Shown piece by piece: positions 37,508-42,887 of a DNA stretch of 42,887 bases. Origin of the DNA: an uncultured Nitrososphaerota archaeon (GTDB taxonomy: Archaea > Asgardarchaeota > Njordarchaeia > Njordarchaeales > Panguiarchaeaceae). Where the stretch lies: assembly GCA_964636085.1 (NCBI GenBank), contig CAZWPQ010000007.1, positions 1 through 42,887 of the forward strand, in the 5' to 3' direction. Both the position numbers and the translations under genes were made by a program. The notes under the pieces were generated by a model. The model was not told the DNA's origin. It made no database searches and worked only from the letters and a program-made list of their open reading frames with translations. Numbering within the stretch: position 1 is the stretch's first letter; each line of letters starts with the position of its first letter.

Positions 37508-39546
37508 AGATCCACCCTAACCAAAACAATATCACCATTACTGCAACCAGCAATAATATTCCTCTTATATCTTAACCAAGATATGCCACCAACTGGGGAT
37601 GGAACGGAGTATGTCCTACTTTTTTTCCTCACTACATTATATACAAACACTAGCCCATCCTTTCCACCACTCGCTACCAAGACACCATCATAGCTCCATT
37701 TTATGGAGGTTATAGGACTGCTATGGCCGTCTATCCTAAATATTTGTTTCCCAGCTTTGATGTCCCATATGTATATGCGGCCCATCTCTGTCCCAAATGC
37801 TATATAGTTTGTCTTTGGGTTCCAATCCACACATGTCACCTTTTCTCCACACTTAATCAACATAACTTCTCGCGTTTCATTGACCTTCCAAATTCTTATT
37901 GTACCATCCCATGATGAACTAACAAAATGGTCACCCTTACTATCCCAACTTAGATCACTTACAACCGCGACATGCCCCTTGTACTCGGAAATTATGTCAC
38001 AATTGAGGTCTATAAGTTTTATCGACCCATCATCTGAACACGCTATAAAAATATCCTTCTGTGGATTTCTCCTAATGGAATTTATACCTAGGGAAAAAAT
38101 TGGCTTTTTACATACAATTTCTCCTGTCTCCATATCAACTATCGCAATCGTCGAATCCAATGACGCTGAGACCAAATAACTATTATCCCTGCTCCATGCG
38201 GTAGAGTTTACAGATAATTCATGTATATGCCTTCTATATATAATACCCGATGTTACTATATCCAAAACAACCACATCGCCACTTTTGAATCCTTCCACCA
38301 ACAATCTGTCATCCTTGTCTATGGTTATAGATGCAATCCCATTTATAGATCTATGATAAGTTGATTCATGAACAGCCCGCCTCACATTCCAAATGAAGAT
38401 ACTCCTGTCCCAAGAGGCACTAAGTAATAGCCTATTGTTTGGATGCCAATCCACACTACTTATTATGTGACTATGCCCGTGGAACCTAGCAATTCCCCGG
38501 AGACGAGAAAGATCCCAAACTTTTATTGTTCTATCCAATGAAGTAGTTGCGAGGTACTTCCCATTTTTTGTTATTGCGGAACCGATTATCGGTGTTTTAT
38601 GCCCACCTAAAGTAGAGATCTTTTTATACCCATTGGGATCCCACGCAATGACTTTTCCATCCCACCCCATGGTTATCAATATATCAGCTTTTGTCCAGTA
38701 AATTCTAGATATTAGGTGTTTATGTTTCCCAAAAACCATCATTTTGGATGTTTTTATCTCAAATATTCTTATGTTCCCATCCGCGGAGGCGCTCGCTACC
38801 ATATCCCTTCTAGGAGACCATGCTACAGAGAATACATGTCCAGAGGGATCCCTCAATCTATATACAATCCTGCCGGTTCTTGGATTCCAAACATTTATTA
38901 TGCCGTCCAAAGAGAAGCTTAAAAGGTATCTCCCCCCTGGACTCCAGGATAAACCTATAACTGTTCTATCATGACCATCTAATTCGCGGATCATCTTGGC
39001 TGATATTGGATCCCAAATAATTATTTTTCCATCACTAGCACCACTCACGAGCCTTTTTCCTTCAGAACTCCATATAATGGTACTAATTCTACCCCTATGC
39101 CCTCTCAGTAATTTCTTTTTGCATGAGATAATATCATAGATTACGATGTCGCCTGTGTCTGAACCGCTTGCAATAATGGGATATTTTGGATGCTTTGATA
39201 TGGTTGTTATATACATGTGGTTATATCGAAAGGATCTTATGATCTTACCACTTGGATAATGCCAGACAACAATTGTTCCATCAGCACCACCACTAGCTAT
39301 AAAGTTTCCATCACTAGTCCAGACGGCCTTAAGAATAGCGTCAGAATGTCCTATTTCCTTGTGGATATACATTATGTTTGTTAGCCTAAACAATTCTTCC
39401 TTTGCAGCCCGATTCGTTGGATCAAGAACTAACACGTTTAAATATGCATTAATAGCAGAGTCCTTATCTTTGAGATCAATATATCTTCTCGCTAGACCTA
39501 TGAGGAAATCTATGTTGTTTGCTTCTTTGTACGTGTATATACTCAC
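37504..39546 (-). CDS. TPR plus about 15 WD40 repeats (double beta-propeller)
   Basis: N-terminal AINAYLNVLVLDPTNRAAKEEL TPR, then about 15 GH...W(D/N) repeats. Start placed at GTG 39546, which has GGGTGGGA upstream, rather than 39591. Confidence 0.88.
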   Translation of the reverse strand: MSIYTYKEANNIDFLIGLARRYIDLKDKDSAINAYLNVLVLDPTNRAAKEELFRLTNIMYIHKEIGHSDAILKAVWTSDGNFIASGGADGTIVVWHYPSGKIIRSFRYNHMYITTISKHPKYPIIASGSDTGDIVIYDIISCKKKLLRGHRGRISTIIWSSEGKRLVSGASDGKIIIWDPISAKMIRELDGHDRTVIGLSWSPGGRYLLSFSLDGIINVWNPRTGRIVYRLRDPSGHVFSVAWSPRRDMVASASADGNIRIFEIKTSKMMVFGKHKHLISRIYWTKADILITMGWDGKVIAWDPNGYKKISTLGGHKTPIIGSAITKNGKYLATTSLDRTIKVWDLSRLRGIARFHGHSHIISSVDWHPNNRLLLSASWDRSIFIWNVRRAVHESTYHRSINGIASITIDKDDRLLVEGFKSGDVVVLDIVTSGIIYRRHIHELSVNSTAWSRDNSYLVSASLDSTIAIVDMETGEIVCKKPIFSLGINSIRRNPQKDIFIACSDDGSIKLIDLNCDIISEYKGHVAVVSDLSWDSKGDHFVSSSWDGTIRIWKVNETREVMLIKCGEKVTCVDWNPKTNYIAFGTEMGRIYIWDIKAGKQIFRIDGHSSPITSIKWSYDGVLVASGGKDGLVFVYNVVRKKSRTYSVPSPVGGISWLRYKRNIIAGCSNGDIVLVRVDL

Positions 39547-39728
39547 TAGTATCCCACCCAAAAAAACCATAATCCATTTACACAAAACCAAAATTTAAAT
39601 TAGAAACACCACATAAGAAGGTATTGATGCATCTCATATGTGCTATTTTTTGCTTTTATCACGAGTGTTTAATGGGCAACATTAATCAATACTACATTAA
39701 GCAGATTTTTCCTATTTAGAAGATTCGT

Positions 39729-40748
39729 CTATGACTTGTTTTCAAGATATTCATGAATTGCTTCAGATGCCACCAATGCAGCTTTTATTGCTGATGGTAT
39801 GTCTTTTGGACCCGTGACGACATCGCCAACAGCAAATACTCCCTCCCTAGTAGTCATATATCTTTCATCAACAATAATCCTATTTTTTCTATCTACCTTT
39901 ATGCCATACTTAACTGGCTCTTCAAATGGCGGTGTTGCTATTTCCCCTATCGCGAATATCACTGTATCGCATTCAAAGGTTATTTTTTCACCCGTAGGTA
40001 TCGGTCTTGGTCTTCCAGACGAATCTGGTTCGCCGAGACTCATCACATCGCACTCTAGCCCAACAACATTACCTTGTTCGTCAACTATTATTTTACTTGG
40101 CGACACCAAAAACACATATTTTACTCCTAATTCCTCCAATTGTTTGACCGCACTCTTCTTTGCAGGCATCATTTCCTTAGTTCTCCTATAGGCAATTGTT
40201 ACATCTGCCCCCATATTCCTAGCCACCAACGCTGCATCAATAGCAGTATCTCCTCCACCTATCACTATTACTTTCCTTCCAATCTTTGGTACCATGGTTT
40301 GAGGAATATGGCCTCTCCGTGCAAGCGCCACTTTTGATAGTAAATCAACAGCATGAAGCACCCCCTTCGCATTCTCTCCCTCTAGGCCGAGTTCTATGTC
40401 CTTCCATGCACCAGTAGCTATGAGAACAGCATCGTATTCTTTGAGGATATTATCAAATGGGATATCTTTTCCAACTTTTACATTTAGTATAAACCTCACT
40501 CCAAATTTCTCAAGTTCCCTAAAGCCCCTCTCTATGGCGTCTTTCTTCATTCTTTCTTCTGGAATACCAAATATCAGCATTCCCCCTGGCTCCGGCATCA
40601 TGTCATATACCACTACTTCGTGGCCCTTGCATACTAGATAGCCTGCGGCAGTTAATCCACTTGGCCCCGCCCCTATTATCGCTATTTTCTTACCAGTCTT
40701 CGTTTTTGGTGGCACCTCGCATTTAACAAATTTCATATCCTCCACCAA
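39729..40748 (-). CDS. GltD/SudA-like FAD/NAD(P)H oxidoreductase lacking the N-terminal Fe-S domain
   Basis: IIGAGPSG, GGMLIFGIP, VIGGGDTAIDAA, YRR, PDSSGRPRP, FAVGD; no Cys clusters. Confidence 0.9.
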   Translation of the reverse strand: MVEDMKFVKCEVPPKTKTGKKIAIIGAGPSGLTAAGYLVCKGHEVVVYDMMPEPGGMLIFGIPEERMKKDAIERGFRELEKFGVRFILNVKVGKDIPFDNILKEYDAVLIATGAWKDIELGLEGENAKGVLHAVDLLSKVALARRGHIPQTMVPKIGRKVIVIGGGDTAIDAALVARNMGADVTIAYRRTKEMMPAKKSAVKQLEELGVKYVFLVSPSKIIVDEQGNVVGLECDVMSLGEPDSSGRPRPIPTGEKITFECDTVIFAIGEIATPPFEEPVKYGIKVDRKNRIIVDERYMTTREGVFAVGDVVTGPKDIPSAIKAALVASEAIHEYLENKS

Positions 40749-40774
40749 TTAAGTTCTTGATCTATGTATTCTAG

Positions 40775-41557
40775 CTATTGGATATCCTCACAATTTTTTG
40801 TTATATTGTTGAGGTATTTAACTATCCTTACGACTTCTCGCAGGTTTTTTACCACAAAATCTGGTTTTACATCACCATAGTTTGGGACATACCTAGACCT
40901 CATATATGGTTCTGGAGACTCCATAAGTATGCATATCATCCCTAATTTTTTCGCGCCATAGATATCTATCTGCAAAACATCCCCCACGAATACTGCTTGT
41001 TGGGGTCGGATATTCAACTTATCTACTGCAATTTCATAGATCTTAGGGTGGGGTTTTCTATAGCCTACATCACATGAGACAATAATCTCGTCGATATACT
41101 TATCTATCCCAACGCGTTTTAGTATTCTTCTATGAAAATTTATGGGAGAATTTGACACAACTGCTGTTTTTATTCCCATTTCCTTTATCCTTCTTAGTGC
41201 GTCTTCTGCATCTTCCCTAATAACACAGAAGGGTGCTTCTGATATTCTATCTATTGCCGTACGTATCAGGTCTTCATCCGGATTAATACCTACACTCTCA
41301 AGAGTAATTCTTACCAAATCCTCCATTTTTTCCTCCATTAATGTATGTACAACCCTATTCCAAGCTTCCTCCATCACTTTCTCAAAAATGTCGACCAGAT
41401 CCACGCCGATTCCATATCCAAAATCATTTAATGTTTTAGCTAGAATCTCACCCATCATCCTCGTATCCCAGCAAGTATGGGTGATTACCCCACCAAAATC
41501 AAATAGTACCCCCCTGATCATTCCAAGAGCACCCCACATAATTCCTAAAGAAACCAT
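40775..41557 (-). CDS. HAD-superfamily hydrolase
   Basis: VLFDFGG (motif I, DxG variant), VVSN, RKPHPKIY, FVGD..ID. Confidence 0.92.
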   Translation of the reverse strand: MVSLGIMWGALGMIRGVLFDFGGVITHTCWDTRMMGEILAKTLNDFGYGIGVDLVDIFEKVMEEAWNRVVHTLMEEKMEDLVRITLESVGINPDEDLIRTAIDRISEAPFCVIREDAEDALRRIKEMGIKTAVVSNSPINFHRRILKRVGIDKYIDEIIVSCDVGYRKPHPKIYEIAVDKLNIRPQQAVFVGDVLQIDIYGAKKLGMICILMESPEPYMRSRYVPNYGDVKPDFVVKNLREVVRIVKYLNNITKNCEDIQ

Positions 41558-42213
41558 TATATATCTATAAACTACCCTACTAAACTTGTCTTTTCCATCA
41601 GTCCCTATCCTAGATAGATACCTCTAGCTCGCAATTTTTCTGTGCAACTCAAGCACACACCAGCGCATAAGGATAGATTTCTAAGGCTAATTTTGTCTGG
41701 TTATGTGACCATCTTAATTATTAAATGTCTATGTTTCGAGCAGTTTTTCTAAGTTCCTTTCTTATAGAGTCCTCAATCCATCGTGGGTATTTTCGGATAT
41801 ATGAGAATAGTATGGAAAGGTCTAATCTGTCTATGTGTTGTCAGCGGTTTATTGGTATCCTGAAATACGGCAAGGGAATGGACTTTATCCCACGCATAGC
41901 CACGAATTTACGGAGTTCATCCCGGGCAATCATAGGAGCACCTACAATTTAAATAATTATTGATTTTCGTCCAAAGAAAATTTGGACCAAAAAACGTCAA
42001 ACGCTTAAATAAAAATTTTTGGTTCATATTAATAAACCAAGTGCAACGATCGCATTCAACATATAGATCACTGTTTTATGTTTTAGGACATAAATCATAC
42101 ACCACTGAGCAGACACCCAACAGCCTCTTTAAGCTCAAGGCCCATGCCATTTAAAATAATCTTCGAACTATTTTGCCCTACGCAATATCTTGGTGCACCT
42201 AGGTCCCCAAAAA

Positions 42214-42359
42214 CTACATGTCAGTTTTGGCTCTCTGCCTTTATTTTTGCTTGCTCCGTAGGCCGTCGGGGGTTTCTAGTGGCTCCGAGTGAGCTCCGTA
42301 GCCCATTAGAATCAGAAAACCCGCACCCATATTTAGGGTACTGAGAAATCGACATGTAG
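42214..42359. mobile_element. Candidate 146-bp MITE
   Basis: Terminal inverted repeat CTACATGTC (42214-42222) / GACATGTAG (42351-42359), flanked by AAAAA on both sides; GC-rich structured interior. Confidence 0.4.
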
Positions 42360-42442
42360 AAAAATAGCAATCTACAGCAAAAACCACCAATCCATCATAT
42401 AGAATATTGCGAAATCAACATATAGGAAAGAAACCTAGCCAA

Positions 42443-42887
42443 TTACTCCCATACCCTAACCGTATTGTCGTAGGAGCCACTATATATGTATTTATCATCC
42501 GCAAAAACAGAACGCACAGAGCCTGTGTGCCCTCGTAGTGTCGCCACCTCCCTAAACGTCCTCTTATCCCAAACCTTAACCGTCCTGTCATCGGAGCCAC
42601 TATATATGTATTTATCATCCGCAAAAACAGAACGCACAGAGCCTGTGTGCCCTCGTAGTGTCGCCACCTCCCTAAACGTCCTCTTATCCCATACCCTAAC
42701 CGTATTGTCGTAGGAGCCACTATATATGTATTTATCATCCGCAAAAACAGAACGCACAGAGCCTGTGTGCCCTCGTAGTGTCGCCACCTCCCTAAACGTC
42801 CTCTTATCCCAAACCTTAACCGTCCTGTCATCGGAGCCACTATATATGTATTTATCATCCGCAAAAACAGAACGCACAGAGCCTGTG
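42443..42887 (-). CDS. C-terminal part of a WD40 protein made of near-identical 40-aa repeats (5' end outside the window)
   Basis: GHTGSVRSVFADDKYIYSGS(D/Y)D(R/N)TV(K/R)VWD repeats. The frame is open to the window edge and ends WE-stop. Confidence 0.92.
   Translation of the reverse strand, partial: TGSVRSVFADDKYIYSGSDDRTVKVWDKRTFREVATLRGHTGSVRSVFADDKYIYSGSYDNTVRVWDKRTFREVATLRGHTGSVRSVFADDKYIYSGSDDRTVKVWDKRTFREVATLRGHTGSVRSVFADDKYIYSGSYDNTVRVWE
42447..42887. repeat. Tandem 120-bp repeat, about 3.7 copies, A/B alternating (identical 240-bp higher-order unit)
   Basis: The sequence at 42481, 42601, 42721 and 42841 is identical; the A and B units differ at 6 nt only. Confidence 0.97.

Noticed and set aside
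39547-39591. Apparent N-terminal membrane anchor on the TPR-WD40 protein
   Set aside because: Probably an artefact of start choice; GGGTGGGA precedes GTG 39546.
159-41570. Numerous 60-180 aa antisense ORFs in the track
   Set aside because: They lie opposite well-supported genes and show antisense-shadow composition with no motifs.
42123-42143. 11/12 similarity (reverse strand) to IS110 RNA 2692-2703, followed by AGAGGC
   Set aside because: Too short, and the partner stem arm and element ends are missing; likely chance.
42415-42864. Alternative-frame 149-aa ORF and antisense ORF over the repeat
   Set aside because: Shadow ORFs caused by the 120-bp periodicity; the WD40 frame is clearly the real one.
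42447-42887. CRISPR array or DGR template/variable repeat
   Set aside because: The units are in-frame coding repeats without unique spacers, the differences are not adenine-specific, and there is no RT or cas gene in the window.

Overview
Archaeal genomic window. It contains aEF-1beta, sulfide-type Thi4, MoeA and an AAA_14/DUF4143 ATPase, with leaderless or short-SD genes. Two longin-like proteins, an LRR protein, two WD40 proteins and several large C-terminally anchored surface proteins suggest an Asgard archaeon, probably thermophilic; this is an inference. Housekeeping and metabolic genes include an ECF transporter operon with a ChlI/vWA pair, a GH38 mannosidase, an S8 protease, a GltD-like flavoprotein, a HAD hydrolase and a VapBC pair. 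The most notable accessory feature is an apparently intact IS110-family element whose ends can be read from the sequence: a CATAC direct repeat at 2493-2497 and 3932-3936, plus 9-bp subterminal inverted repeats. Its long left end folds into a 163-nt structured RNA closed by a perfect 15-bp stem. Segments of this RNA match the element's own junction and both flanks, making it a candidate archaeal bridge/seek RNA, possibly of unusual polarity. The window ends inside a WD40 gene built from near-identical 120-bp repeats in strict A/B alternation, with all differences confined to one 21-bp patch. A 146-bp MITE-like element lies just downstream of that gene.
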